From: Basidiobolus meristosporus CBS 931.73
Taxonomy: Eukaryota > Fungi > Basidiobolomycota
Assembly (NCBI GenBank): GCA_002104905.1
Contig: MCFE01000022.1
Span: forward strand, 171,240 to 235,239
Direction: 5' to 3'
Length of the DNA stretch: 64,000 bases
Under the pieces are notes generated by a model that was not told where the DNA came from, did not search any database, and was given only the letters and a program-made list of their open reading frames with translations. This document shows positions 11,210-25,073 of the stretch, piece by piece. Made by a program: the position numbers and the translations under genes. Each line of letters starts with the position of its first letter. Position 1 is the stretch's first letter.

Positions 11210-14200
11210 CTTAGGCCAAGATCGAAATTGGTCTTCAATAAATTAAGGCAAACACCGACTAAGTTTGGAAGTTGAGGAAGGAAAGGTGGAATACCTCACT
11301 TATTGAAGGGAAACAACAGATGATTGAATGTTCTTCCGCAAACTCGCCTCCAGGCTTATATAGGTTTTCCAGCCGGGATCGCAGTGGGTGTGGTGCACAG
11401 TGAATGCTATGGAAAATATACTGATTACTTTACCTCGGCCAGTCTCCCATTCAGGCTCTATTTAGATCATTGTAATTGCCCAGTAGTCTAAATTCCAGAA
11501 TGGTATTTTCTCTTTTGTGCGCCCATGCCCTCTATGGCACAGCTTCGTTTGCACCAGTAACCAGCAATTTTGGAAATTTTGGGTGAGCGAAGTAATGTTG
11601 GCCTTCAATTAAATGCAACGGTGATAATTTCAGAATGGGAATATGAGATGTATTCGTGACCCACCCATTGACATGTTTAAACAGAGTAGGTTTGACTGAA
11701 GCGGGTTACACAATCTGTGAGTGGTAGACTTACCTGATTGAATGCTTTAGGCAGTTGAAAATTTTTATCTTGATCTTTAAGTATGTTCTGTACCATATCT
11801 GACCGGTAGTACACGCCTGTATCACGAGAACACCTACCCTACCCTACCTTACCTCGAAAGCGAAGTCTAAATTATAGAACTTTCTTTTCCAACTGAGAGC
11901 CAGAATTGTTCAGCCATCTTAGGCTGACATGGAGCCCACCTCACATGTCAAAAATTTCCAAATTGGCGAAATTATTCTCACTATTTCTCCATCGCATTAG
12001 AGGGTGATTGCTGTTTGAATCGGTCGAGTCCTTCACCCGCCATCTACACATCGTTTGCATCCCATAGGTGTTATACTCAGGCCTCTGTCACCATCAGAAC
12101 CTTGATTTCTTATGGGTGCTATTTAGTAATCGTTCACACGCTTTAATTCAATTAAGCTTGAATTACCCGCGATTCTGAGTTTGGGGTCATACTAAATTAA
12201 TCAGTGGTATTCTTGCGACATTGGCCTCTGCCAACTCTATTTGAAAATAAAGTTTTAGCTTCCATTTAGCTTTGCCAGGAGACTCGGTTTAACTTTAAGG
12301 AAGACACGTAAACCGCCTCCATTTTAGGCCCGTCCTAGCCTAGGAAGGAAATGGCTGATTAAAGTTTTAAGCACCTCGGGATGAATGATTCTGCGAAGGC
12401 TCGGCAGGCGAGTTCGACCATGGCTGTTCGTAATGAAACATGCCCCACGTTTGTCCCAAGTCATGTAAGATTACTGATACAACCGGCACCTTATTTTCTG
12501 AATGAGGTGTTCAAACGCACACCAACAAGTGCGGTGCGTTCCCTGTGAGACGGATGATTCAATGAATCTTGGGTTTTCCAGTTGCTGCTCCAGCGCCACA
12601 TCCATATGCACACTAATCCCCACGATATTGCACTCCCTCTCATTGCACAGTACTGAGGTTGAGCTTAGCTACGCTCCACATCCACGCCATTTCCAACATT
12701 TCGTACGCAATAAAGAAGACGATCTATAGGAATATAATGTCAACTCGGTGGATAGGAATAGAGTATAAACTCTGTGAATAGGAATACAGTGTACGGCTCG
12801 GTGGTGGTTCCAAACTGATCAATCCAGAAAAAGCAAGAATAATGGAAACTTGCGAATTTGCATATCAAAACAGAAATGTGCATAATCGATTTGTAATGAA
12901 TAGATAGAGATCTTACCGGGGTTGTGCTCCTCATTCTGCCAGTATATTTCAATGGATCACCTGATGCTTCCTTAGCTGGCCTTGTGGAGATTATCTCTAG
13001 CCTACTAGCTCAGTCCTCTCCCTTTTCGGTCAGAGCTATGATGCTGCTGTAACTGTCAGATACGTGACTACCCTACCTTCCTAATGTGGTCAGCATTTGC
13101 ATGATAAAGATTCGTCTTTTTCGCACCATTTCAATTGGCGCTGGTTCAGCTGGAGTATATCCTGTGCGACGGTGTTTGGGATTCCCGTTGACGTTTGGCT
13201 GCTTTAATTTAGATAACAATTATACTCGCTCCCTATTATATCGTCAGATTATCACAACCACTTCCCATTTAGGTATGATAGCCAATGAATATATTCCATT
13301 TGACACGTGTGCAAGTAACTGGAAAGTGGAGCCAAAGAAGTAGTGATTCATCGGATTATTTACTGGCAATCAGATGACCATATTCAGTTTTCACGCCACA
13401 CTGCCATTGATGCTCTCGTTCACTCTAGCAGCCAGGTGCGAATCAATCTGAGCGTCGCAATTGACCTTTGCTGGAGGGATGGCTCTACTCTGGCGTGTTC
13501 CAGGTGAATAGAATGCCACGTCTGATACTAACCACTTTGGTTTGATGTTTTAGCCGCTGTCCCACTGCGAGCTGTGCCACAGAAAACTTCTTCCCTTCCA
13601 TCATCTGTCGAGCACTAATCGACCTTATCGCAGGCAGGTCTTCTCCACATACATGTGGCATGTACAAGACTGTTACCTGTTTGGATTAACTGTCATTGAT
13701 TGCCGTTGATTTCGTCGAGTTTCGAGTAGTTTCTTTCACCCCAGTCATCACAGCATTTAGGGGAAAGGTCTACCATGTGGAGTCACCAGAGATCCCGATC
13801 AAACAGGCTCTAAGGGTAACCTTGCTCTTGTCATCATTACAGCCCAGGAAGAGTTATATTGGCATCTCCATATTGCGAACATATGAAGGAGATCTTTGCT
13901 CTTCCACATGGTTTATTTGTAGGCTGTCTCCTGCAATTGGACAGTTTTGTTAATCAGACCTCGACTAATATGAATCTGCGAAACGATCCCAGCCAATATC
14001 ACCAGATCTTGAATTAGGGAAATACTAGATAGGGAAATCTAAGAGTGTCGTTATTTATTAGCCGCATGGCCCAATTTGCCCACCACACCACTACGCCAGC
14101 GAACTCCGCTGCACCCGCCGGAACCCAGGTGGAATCCCAAAGACGCTCTTCAACAAGAGGGCCTCCCCCATTCTCATAGGCCTCTTTGGAGTGTCATGTT

Positions 14201-15879
14201 GGCTCAAGACTCATCGACATTGGCCGTTATCGCTTGCTACTTCCTGTTGGAGCTCACGATCCAATAAGCGATAGTGATCGGGACTCATAGTTACACCATG
14301 TTGTGGGAAAGGGGATGGTTAACCGGCAGGAGATATACCCGGTAGGTTCTGAGCCATTTCATTTTACCCGAGTCCTACCCCATGGTTTTTGATGGCTCTT
14401 TCGTAAACAATTGGAAGCTACGAAAAGGCCCGTAGGTCACTGAGGTCTTAACTTGGTGATTGCAGGACAAGGGGCACTTCGTGAGTAAACTTGGGCCTCG
14501 GTTGCCGCTTAAACGAAATGGCAGCTGCAGATGATGAAAAATTCCCACATCCTCAATACATCATTTTGACACCTGTAGTCTCCTCGTGTCAAGGCAGAGT
14601 GATGAGAATGGGTCTATCGCGTCTCAGATCACCGGATTTCCACGCTGTATTACTGGATAGCTATCAGGGAACAAGGATCACTTGATATTGTAACTGGAGG
14701 GAGCTGATTCATTTGCTATCAAATACGTTGCCCGGCTGTCCATAGGATAATAATTCCCCTATCTGAATATTTCCCATGCCTCTTTTACTATATAAGACTT
14801 AATCATTCGCGCCTCGAAGTAAAAGGAAAATATGGGCTCGGTTGAAAATATACACGGGCCTCTGAATATGCATTGATAATATATATGGCCCACTGGATAT
14901 CAGAGCAATCTTAGCACTAAACTAGTTGTGATGCCTGCGGCGAAAATGGCTGATAATGTGACATGCGGGTTATAGGAATGGTTCCGATACACGGCGTTGG
15001 CGTGATGGAGCCAAGCAATGCATCGGATTATCTGGCTTTTTATTGGAGGATGCAGGACGAATCATTGGGGTGGTTCGGAAGGCCAACTTCGTGTACCAGT
15101 ACTTCGGGTAGTCCACATTAGGGCTGTCTGCTACTTGGGTTGAGGATAAGATTTAGGCTTCGAGGTGAAGCTTACTCTATCCCTAATGCCATTAAACACC
15201 CTACAAGTGTTGCAGGTTGCCGGCCCTGACCCAGCTGCTGCTCCGTTAGAGAGGTAATCCTCAGATTAAACAATGGCAGATGATTCACAATTGCCTTTTC
15301 GGGGCAACCGATCTACACATATGGACCTATGTTTGGGAATAATTTAATTGCTATTAAACGGCAATAAACAAATTGGCAAACATTCAGAGATTGGTGGCGA
15401 GATGAACAATGATTGCTGCCTTTCATTACGCTAAACGATGAGGTGTATGTTTGAGACGAGATGGATGGTGGTTAGTAAGTGTGCTTAAGTGAAGCGGGCC
15501 TAATCAGGGAATGGATTCAGTCGAAATTAAAATCCTGCCAGCCAGTAGCTAGCTGTTAGTTTCATCTTACCCCAAATCAAGGCAAATCTGAATGTCAGCA
15601 TAGCAACTAAAACAAACTTGATTCGGGGCTCGGGAGAAGAGGACACTACACTCACCGAAATGTCTTCACCTGTCTTGGTGGATTGATTTGCTGAAACCTG
15701 GTTGATTGTTAGGTAGCTTGAAAGTTGATCCATTATGTATGAACAGTCATTTGCCTGGAAATGGGTTTGGCTCATGGTCATTTGATATAAAAAATCATCA
15801 GGGCCGCCTACGGAACCTCAGACCAGTGAACATTTATACTATCTGAGGTCGTAAGTAATCTCTGCGCTGTTCAAAGAAA

Positions 15880-18577
15880 ATGTCCAAGGAGGAAGGCAAG
15901 AAGATAGAGCTTGAAGAGCATGCTCACCAGGAGATGGCTGAAGAGATCTCCCCCGAGCTGGAGGATCTCTTGCACACCGATCCGTCCACAGGTCTGACTA
16001 CGGCCGAGGTTGAGCAGCGATTACAGCAGTTTGGCCGAAACGAGTTGATTGAGAAAAAAAGGAATCCTATACTCAAGTTTCTTGGTTACTTCACTGGTGC
16101 CATCGCGTACCTAATTGAGATTGCTTGGATTCTCTCCGCTGTTGTACAGGATTGGGTTGATTTTGGGATTATCGGTGCACTACTATTCATCAACGCCGCC
16201 ATTGGGTTCATTGAAGAGGCCAAAGCTGAGAATGCGTTGGATGCCTTGAGGAACACTCTTGCCTTGAAGACTCGTGTCTGGCGTAACGGTGACTTGATTG
16301 AAATCGAAGTAGCTGAATTGGTTCCTGGTGATATTATTGTCTTACGTCTGGGTGATATCGTCCCTGCTGATTGCCGTCTTCTTGGAATTGGTGTTCATGG
16401 TGAGCCAGTTGAAGGAAACCTCCAAATCGATCAGTCTGCCTTGACTGGTGAGTCACTCCCCGTCAGCAAGGGCAAGGGAGCCACTGCCTACTCGTCCTCC
16501 ATTGTCAAGCAAGGTCAGCAAATGGGTGTTGTTACCAAGACCGGAGAACACACCTTCATCGGCCGTGCTGCCACCCTCATGTCGAACACCAACGAGCAAG
16601 GTCATTTCCAGAAGATCATCAACAAGATCGGAAACTTCTTAGTTATTGTTACTGTTGTATTGGTTGTTATTATCTTCATAGTTCTTATGGTCAAGAGCCA
16701 CGGCCAGAACGTCCTGAAGGTCTTGGGTGACGTCCTTGTGTTGACTGTTGCTGCTATCCCAGTCGGTCTCCCCACTGTGATGTCCGTTACCATGGCTGTC
16801 GGTGCCAAGCAATTGGCCAAGAAGGAGGTTATTGTCAAGAGACTGACTGCTGTCGAGGAAATGGCCTCCGTGTCTGTTCTCTGCTCCGACAAGACCGGTA
16901 CTCTCACCCTCAACGAGCTCACTTTCGATGAGCCCTGGTTGTGCAAGGGCTACAGCAGTGATGACATCTTGTTGTACTCTTACATGGCTGCCGAGCAAGG
17001 TGCCAACGACCCAATTGAATACGCTGTTAGAACTGCCGCCCGTTCCCAACTCGAGGTCCTCAAGAGCCTCGGTGAGCGCGACACCAAGATCCCCGGATTC
17101 AAGACCAACTCCTTCCTTCCATTCAACCCTGTTACCAAGCTCACCCAAGCCACCATCCTCAACGAAGAGACCGGAGAGACCTTCAAGGTCGCCAAGGGAG
17201 CCCCACAAGTGATCATCAAGTTGGTTGGTGGTAATGATGATGCCGTCCATGCAGTTAACAGTCTTGCCCGTCCGTGGTCTTCGTGCTTTGGGAGTTGCTC
17301 GTACCATTCCAGGTGACCTTGAACAATGGGAGTTGATTGGCATGATCTCCCTGTTGGATCCTCCTCGTCCTGATTCCGCCGAGACCATTGCTCGCTGCCA
17401 CGAGATGGGAGTTTCAGTCAAGATGATTACTGGTGATCAGTTGATCATTGCCAAGGAAGTTGCTCAACGTCTTGGTATGCAACGTGCTATTTTGGATGCT
17501 CACAAGTTGGTCGAGGCTGATGCACCCGAAGAGGAGATTGTTCGCCGTTGTGTCAAGGCTGACGGTTTTGCTCAAGTCATTCCTGAGCACAAGTACCGTG
17601 TGGTTGAGTTGCTCCAGGAACAGGGATTGTTGGTTGGTATGACTGGTGATGGTGTGAACGATGCCCCAGCTCTGAAGAAGGCCAACGTTGGTATTGCCGT
17701 GCATGGATGTACTGATGCTGCTCGCTCTGCCTCGGATATTGTGTTGCTTGCCCCAGGTCTTTCCACGATTGTCGATGGTATCACCACCTCTCGTGCCATT
17801 TTCCAACGCATGCGTTCCTATGCCTTGTACCGTATCACCTCCACCATTCATTTTCTCATTTTCTTCTTTTTTGTCACCATAATTTTCCAGTGGCAGCTTA
17901 GAGCAATTCTATTGATTTTCATCGCAGTTCTCAATGATGCCGCCACTCTGGTCATCTCAGTCGACAATGCCCAAATCTCCCAGAAGCCAGACAAGTGGAG
18001 AATCGGACAACTGATCACCATGTCCTTCGTGTTGGCCGTCTTCCTTACCGCTGCCTCATTCGCCCACTTCTTCATTGCTCGTGATGTGTTCCACGTCACG
18101 AGTGACGAATTGGAAACCATCATGTACCTCCACATCTCTTCCTGCCCTCACTTCGTCATCTTCTCCACTCGTCTTAGTGGCTTCTTCTGGGAGAATCTAC
18201 CATCATGGACATTCACTGTTGCCATTCTCGGTACCCAAGTGTTCGCCATGTTGATCTCCATCTTTGGTGTCCCAGGACTTACTTCAGCTATCGGGTGGGG
18301 ATGGGGCTTTTCAATTATCGGAATATCGCTCGGGTATTTCATCGTTCTCGATTTTGTCAAAGTAATGCTGTTCAGAGTCTGGTCCTTCGAACTGACGGCC
18401 AAATTGTGGCCGACCCCTTCCCGTCGCAGAAAGCTTGCCCAACGCAAGATCCAAAAGGAGACCAAGGCCCGCATCGATGCAAACACAGAGAAAGTCCGTT
18501 CTGCTGTGCATGCCATTCATGCTATCCATCTCCTTCAGAGCAGATCAAGTGAAAAAGCCACAGTGCAAGTAGCCTAA
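15880..18577 (+). CDS. PMA1: Plasma-membrane H+-ATPase, copy 2; +1 frameshift at about 17271
   Basis: Same motifs as copy 1. CTTGCCCGTCCGTGGT here versus CTTGCCCGCCGTGGT in copy 1 (one extra T) splits ORFs 15880-17316 and 17225-18577. Confidence 0.92.
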
Positions 18578-18904
18578 TGAATATACGTTGTACAGATAAT
18601 TTTCATTCACATCTAACACCTACTTCACCCCCATACCTTACTTCCCTTTGATTGCCATTAAACCCTCATCCGCGCATCAATTAATAAATGGTCGGATTCG
18701 TGTTGTATATCTTATCCAAGAAAGTGCATCCTCATAATCAGTCACAGTTTGTTGGCACAACTGAGTGGTATTATTCGAGTAATCTATTATAATGTGACTT
18801 GATAGCAACACCAAAATTTTCCATCAAACATTTGCTTACGTGACTTATTTATCATACGATTTACTAGCTCAGCAAACACCACGATTAAACCAACAAGAGC
18901 CAAT

Positions 18905-20391
18905 ATGCCAGGCAATACCGCACATTCATTAAACCCAAATTCCGAGGTCAATCTCCGGAGATTACTGAACAAATGCGAAGCACAGCTTGAACTAACGAAC
19001 ATGAAAGAGTTATCGGACGTCCGGAACAAAAGTAAACTTGCGGCGGTAAGTAGAGATCGAAGGGAGGGGGAGGTTTTTCCTGGGGTTCGGTGCATGCGTC
19101 TTTCCCATACCGCCAACGCCAGTTTTTCGGGTTCTCCCCTTGTTATGGGGGGGAGTGTGGGAAGGCCTTTTTATTGCGGATGGGAAATGGACTTGGTTTG
19201 GGAGGGGTCGTTATTTTGCGTTCAGAGCCTTCATCTTTCTCATGCTGAAACTCACGCATACCAATAGAATATAGCTTATTTAAATCGACTCTTAGAGGAA
19301 GTGCGGAAAGACAAGTAAGGGTTTACTCCAGGTTTCGCCAATTTTCAGCCGGTCATAACAAAACTTTCTCAACTGGTTACCCTCGACCAAACCGACCTTC
19401 TCAGTAAGACTACCGTTGCAACGATCAATGAATACTCCCGAAAGATCACCATCTTGAGCAACATTGTGGATGAAAATAAATTGGTAGGTCATGGTTGCTT
19501 CGGTGGTCCCACGTAAGGCTCAAGCCAACTCGCATTCCCCGCCTTCTAGATATCCCCAGTAGAGAAGGGACTGTCCCAGATTCGTTTGTCGAAGCAACCC
19601 CACGAATCTCAACACGCCAGGAACTTGGAGAACGGGGTCGAGAGAAAGATCGTTCGCATGGCGGAGCGGGAGATGAAAAACGATCTTTTAGAGGTAAGCA
19701 ATACGATATGGATTCTAGTTGACCGCCTAAGCTGACTTGGTGCAAGCTGCCCGATAGACACGAAGCCCACGAAGAAGAGAGCAGAACGTTGGGCGACAGA
19801 CGTTCAGGTGACATAGCTTTTCCATTCTCCTCTGGTCGTTGATGCTTGTTACTCACAATAGCCTTGAATATATTAGATCTGTTCGATTTGAATTCGGGCA
19901 TGAGACAGCGAAGGTGAGAAGGCAATGCTGTCGCATGTTTGTCAATACTGCTAATACTTCGGAACGCCGCCTTAGATCACCTACCCACGAGGAAGACCCC
20001 ACCGAGAGTGCGGAAACACTATTGGAGCATCATCGGGCCACCCAAGAGGAACTAACCAATGACTTGGTACGAATGGCGGAAATTCTGAAGAACAACTCCA
20101 TGTCTTTCGGAGATATCCTCAAGCGAGATGAGAAGGAAAGTACTTTCTGAATAGCCTTGCTCGCTTCAAACCCATAATTTGACGGAACCCGCTTGATAAC
20201 AGGTGCTGGACGAGGCGCACAACGCATTGACAGGAAATCTTGATCGACTGAAGAAAGAGAGCGGCCGTCTCACCCAATTTACGAAGCGTTCTTCGAAAAC
20301 CACCTGGATTACTTGGGGAGTGGTGGCCCTGGTGTGCCTGACGTTCATTTTCATGTTCTTGTTCATCCGTATTTTCCCCAAGCGTCGATAG
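18905..20391 (+). CDS. USE1: ER Qc-SNARE Use1, multi-exon
   Basis: N-terminal EVNLRRLLNKCE; SNARE coil LLEHHRATQEELTNDLVRMAEILKNNS...LDRLKKESGRL; C-terminal TM anchor WGVVALVCLTFIFMFLFIRIF. Confidence 0.8.
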
Positions 20392-21158
20392 AGCATGATC
20401 GACACTTCCATTACAGAATAAACACTTCCCGATCGATGTTGGGTTAGGATTTGGCTCGATTATCAGGATCGGTGAATTGGAAACTGAAACCAGGCATGTA
20501 TTGAGGTAGATGATAGCACAGATAGCGGTTGTGTCCAGCTGACCTTGGGTAGCGTGTCCAGCTGATCGTGGGTAGCACACAGGAGTTGAGCGCTGGTAGT
20601 GCTACATTTATGCACCGTGGGCACTCTTCACACCAATATCCCGATCAGTGGTAATTGGGCTGATGGTCAGGGGGATTTCCGGGTTTCCTGTTCAATGATG
20701 CAATGGCCCAGGTCCCTATTTGCCATAAAAGTCACTTTGATAATGTGAGAGAATGTGGGTGCTAAACACAGTCTCAGTAGGTGGAGGGATTGGTAAAGGG
20801 TGGATTCCAGCATTCTCTCACCATCTCACCCCCCCCCCTCTCATTTGGTTCTGCTTATGTATTGATTGAACTGGGATTGTATTCGAAATCTCGGCATTGA
20901 AGGATCTCGCAGTGATACAACATCAAGACCGAAATCACATCCCTCCCTCTGATTCACATGGTCATGACAGCGTTTATTGGCAGGAGGGGATGTTCGACAT
21001 ATTGGACTCTCCACCCAATCCCTTTTTTCACGCTTTATGACCGAGCTAAACTTTGAATTAGATGCTTCGCGCAAACCCAAGCTGTCGTGTGGGTATTTAA
21101 CACAAGCAATTCAAACAGGCACTCGACATTCCAATCCCACTCTACAATCGACGTAGCT

Positions 21159-22118
21159 ATGTACATCCGTGACATAATAACGTTCATCCTTTTTTCGTAC
21201 TGCATCTCGGCCGTTCTAGGCGAGAAATTCCCCTACTGCAAGAATCAATATGAAATCACCAATCAACATTGCCAATATCTTCGCAAATACCCACAGAGTA
21301 ACCGCAATTATGAGAAAAGAATCAAGCGGCTTTCAATGGTGGATCTGCAATCTAAGCCTAAGCTGATGGCCAAGTTGATCACCAATGTGTTCGAGTACGG
21401 ATCAACGACATTTGGCTACGCGACGTGTGAGAAACTGGGGGATGGGCGTGGGTATACCTGTGGCTTGGTCGGATTCACCACAGGGACAAATGACGCCTTA
21501 GCTGTAATCGCCGCATACGACAAGCTCAAGCCCGGCTCCGAATTATCCAAGTTTATTCCGGAACTCACTCGGATAAGCAAACTAGACTGGGATACTAACG
21601 GGCGAGATAATACCAATAAGCTTCAAGGATTTACCGAGGCATGGTCAAAAATCAGTTGCTCTGACCCATTATTTCGCGCAGTTCAGGACAAAGTTGCTGA
21701 CCAGCTTTATCTCGTCCCAGGTCTTCAGTTGGGTGAAGCAGCAGGTGTTCAAACCAACTTGGGCAAAGCTATCATGTACGATACTGCTGTCCAGCATGGA
21801 TGGGAAGAGGATGACGGAGTCAGTTTGCTTACTATACTGAACTTGGTTGGCTCTCCTAATGGTCGAACGGAAGCCCAATATCTTGAGGATTTTATAAAGG
21901 CTCGTTGGATTGTGCTCTGCTGTACCAAAGATAACGTTTGGCCAGCTTCAGCAGACAGGACCAGTGATTTAATGGATTTACTGAAGACCGGGAATTTCGA
22001 CCTGACCCCGCCCGTGAGCTTGAAGGCTTACACAACTCGGATTTCGGGGAATGAAGATCCTGGTAAAAACATAACTGGGTGCAGCGGGAGTAAAAAGGGG
22101 AAGAGCGGAGGTAAGTAA
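21159..22118 (+). CDS. Secreted GH46 chitosanase, intronless
   Basis: Signal-like MYIRDIITFILFSYCISAVLG; NVFE (catalytic Glu); EKLGDGRGYTCGLVGFTTGT (catalytic Asp and Thr); YDTAVQHG. These match Streptomyces/Bacillus GH46 motifs. Confidence 0.88.
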   Translation: MYIRDIITFILFSYCISAVLGEKFPYCKNQYEITNQHCQYLRKYPQSNRNYEKRIKRLSMVDLQSKPKLMAKLITNVFEYGSTTFGYATCEKLGDGRGYTCGLVGFTTGTNDALAVIAAYDKLKPGSELSKFIPELTRISKLDWDTNGRDNTNKLQGFTEAWSKISCSDPLFRAVQDKVADQLYLVPGLQLGEAAGVQTNLGKAIMYDTAVQHGWEEDDGVSLLTILNLVGSPNGRTEAQYLEDFIKARWIVLCCTKDNVWPASADRTSDLMDLLKTGNFDLTPPVSLKAYTTRISGNEDPGKNITGCSGSKKGKSGGK

Positions 22119-22555
22119 TATGGAACAGCTGTTGACAGCTTTTTCACTCAATATCCTGGCTCTTGTTTTGTGTATATGTATGATAGCTACAGCTTTTTTG
22201 AATCCACAATACCGAAGCGTTGATTGCAATAAACTAGACTTGTCTGCAAGTTATCTTAATTTTGCATGTTACTTCTACCTAAATTTAACCAGTCTTGTTT
22301 TAAGTTGGAATGCGCTCTGCTATATATATTAACGAAGTTTGAGTAAGCTAGCATGAAGATGGCTTTACACTTAATCATGATTGTTTCGTTTCATAGTTGG
22401 TGCTAAAATCTGTTAGGAGTGTTCTCTAATCGAGCCAGCAAAGTATCAACATTGACGAATAAGATGGAAGATTACGAAAAAAAATCGATGTCACTGATTC
22501 TTATGTAAAGATGGAGATTGCACAGGATTCCGTTCACTTCACAGTTACCTTCAAG

Positions 22556-25073
22556 ATGGCTTCCATCGTGATCGCACATAAGGCCAATCCTTTGGCGTAT
22601 GGTTAGTTAATGTTAGTCTGTTCGTATACATAGCTGTTTACTTACCCGAAATTATTCAGCTCCTCTTGCCTTGGCTTTCTATTTGAAAACTCAATCCGTT
22701 GAGGTCAAATTTGAAGATGCCGATTCCTTGAAAGACGGCGCAAACGCTCAACTTATTATTGGCAGGTTTGTAAAAGTAGAAGACGACTGCACGCTTCAAG
22801 TACTAATAGTTTTTCTGGCCCTATTAGCGAAACTTTCGTTGGTGATGATATTTACAAACAATTGTCTGCTAAATTCGCTGATACCTTGGGCGAATTCACT
22901 GCTGAGGTAATATTGGATTCACGCATGCATTGGCAAGCTATTTTCTGACTTTGAATATGGTAATTTAGAGTGAAAAGGCACTTGAGAAGGCAAAGGCCAT
23001 TACTGCTGCTGACTTCAAATCCCTGAACGCCATCACTGGCGAGTTGGATCACTTTTTGACAATGCGCAGCTTCGTCTCTGGTTATAAGCTCTCAGTTGCT
23101 GATTTCGCACTTTTCGGAGCCTTGAAAGGTACTTCATCTAACTAGTGTATTTTCATCAATAATTTCTAACTTGTTATTTCACAATAGCCAATGCCGTTTT
23201 CAGTCGTCAACTTAAGACCAACCAAAATATTGGTACCCATCTAGCTCGTTGGTTCCAATTCATTGCTTCTCTTGACTGCGTTAAGGAAGCTTTAGTTGCT
23301 CTTCAACAATCTATCGATTCCGTCAAGGTAAAGTTATTTTCGATTTACTTCGAGCCATGATCTCGTATTTAAACCACATTCTCGTAGGATCGCAAAGATC
23401 AAGGTTCCTTTGATATTGATCTCAAGGGAGCCAAGATGGGTGAGGTTGTCACTAGATTCCCCCCTGAGCCAAGTGGTTACCTTCACATTGGACATGCCAA
23501 GGCTGCATTGTTAAACCAGTATTTTGCTGAAACCTACAAAGGAAAGATGATCGTCCGTTTTGATGACACCAATCCTTCCAAGGAAAAGGTCGAATACGAA
23601 GAAAGCATCAAGGAAGATTTGAAGCTCATCGGAGTCGATTCTGACAACGTCACTCATACCTCTGACTACTTCGATCAACTCTACGAGCACGCCCTCCAAC
23701 TTATCAAGAAGGGTCTTGCATATGCTGATGATACTGATCAAGCTACCATGCGTGATCAGCGTATGCATGGTGTTCCTTCTAAGAACCGCGACAACTCAGT
23801 TGAGGAGAATCTTCGCCGCTTCGAGGAGATGACAAAGGGTACTGAATTTGGACAAACCAATTGTCTACGTGCCAAGATCTCTGTTGACAACAAGAACAAG
23901 GCTTTGCGTGATCCTGTTATTTATCGCTGCAACTTGCTTCCCCATCACCTTGTTGGCGACAAATGGAAGGTCTATCCTACCTACGACTTTGCATGCCCTA
24001 TCGTGGACTCTCTTGAAGGTGTCACCCATGCCCTCAGAACCAACGAATACCGTGACCGTAACCCACAATACGAATGGATGCTTGAAGCCACTGGCGTTAG
24101 AAAGGTTCACATCTGGGATTTCTCCCGTATGAACTTTGTCTACACCCTACTCTCCAAGCGTAAGCTCCAATGGTTTGTTGACCAAGGTTTGGTCACTGGT
24201 TGGGATGATCCTCGTTTCCCTACTGTTCGTGGTATCCGCCGCCGTGGTATGACTATTGAAGCTTTGAAGCAGTACATTTTGATGCAAGGTGCTTCCCAAA
24301 ATGTTCTCATGCTCGAATGGGACAAACTATGGGCTTTGAACAAGAAGGTCATTGACCCTGTTTCTCCTCGCCACACCGCCGTTGCCAAGGATAATATGTG
24401 CAAGGTTACCATTGTTGGTGGTCCCGAGAAGCCATATGTCAAGGATATGCCAAAGCATAAGAAGAATCCTGAAGTTGGCCTCAAGAAGACTGTCTTCTCA
24501 TCCACCATCTACATCGAACAAGATGATGCCAAGGCCCTTCAAGCTGGTGAAGAAGTTACCCTCATGGATTGGGGAAATGCCATTGTCTCCAAGGACTTCA
24601 AGGTCGAGGAAGGCCAAGCTGTTGAATCTGTCACCATGGAGCTTCATTTGGAAGGTGACTTCAAAAAAACCAAGAAGAAGATCACCTGGTTGGCTGCTGA
24701 CGGTCAAGAGGAGTTTGGCAAATTGGTTAATCTTGAATTATTGGATTATGACTATTTGATCACCAAGAAGAAGCTCGAGGAGGATGATGAAATCAAGGAT
24801 GTCATCACCCCCGTGACCGAATTTAAATCCATCGCCGTTGGAGATGCCAATCTTGCTGAAGTGAAGGTTGGTGATATCATCCAATTGGAGCGCAAGGGAT
24901 ACTACATTGCGGATCAAGCAGCCTCCGCCGACTTGCCATTGAAGCTGATCCGTATTCCTGATGGTAAGGCCAACACCATGGCCTCCAAAGCCGATGACAG
25001 CCAATCCAAGAAAGCCAAGGCACCCAAGAAGGAGAAGAAGGAGAAGAAAGCGAAGGAACAAAAAACCCAATAG
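22556..25073 (+). CDS. GUS1: Cytosolic glutamyl-tRNA synthetase; 5' exons encode a GST-like domain
   Basis: RFPPEPSGYLHIGHAKA (HIGH motif), VTHALRTNEY, TLLSKRKL, WDDPRFPTVRG. Spliced N-terminal exons start at ATG 22556 (LDHFLTMRSFVSGYKLSVADFALFGALK). Confidence 0.95.

Noticed and set aside
11210-15879. Short ORFs in the 4.67-kb spacer between the ATPase genes
   Set aside because: All are under 90 aa with no motifs. No recombinase or transposase was seen; treated as divergent promoter DNA.
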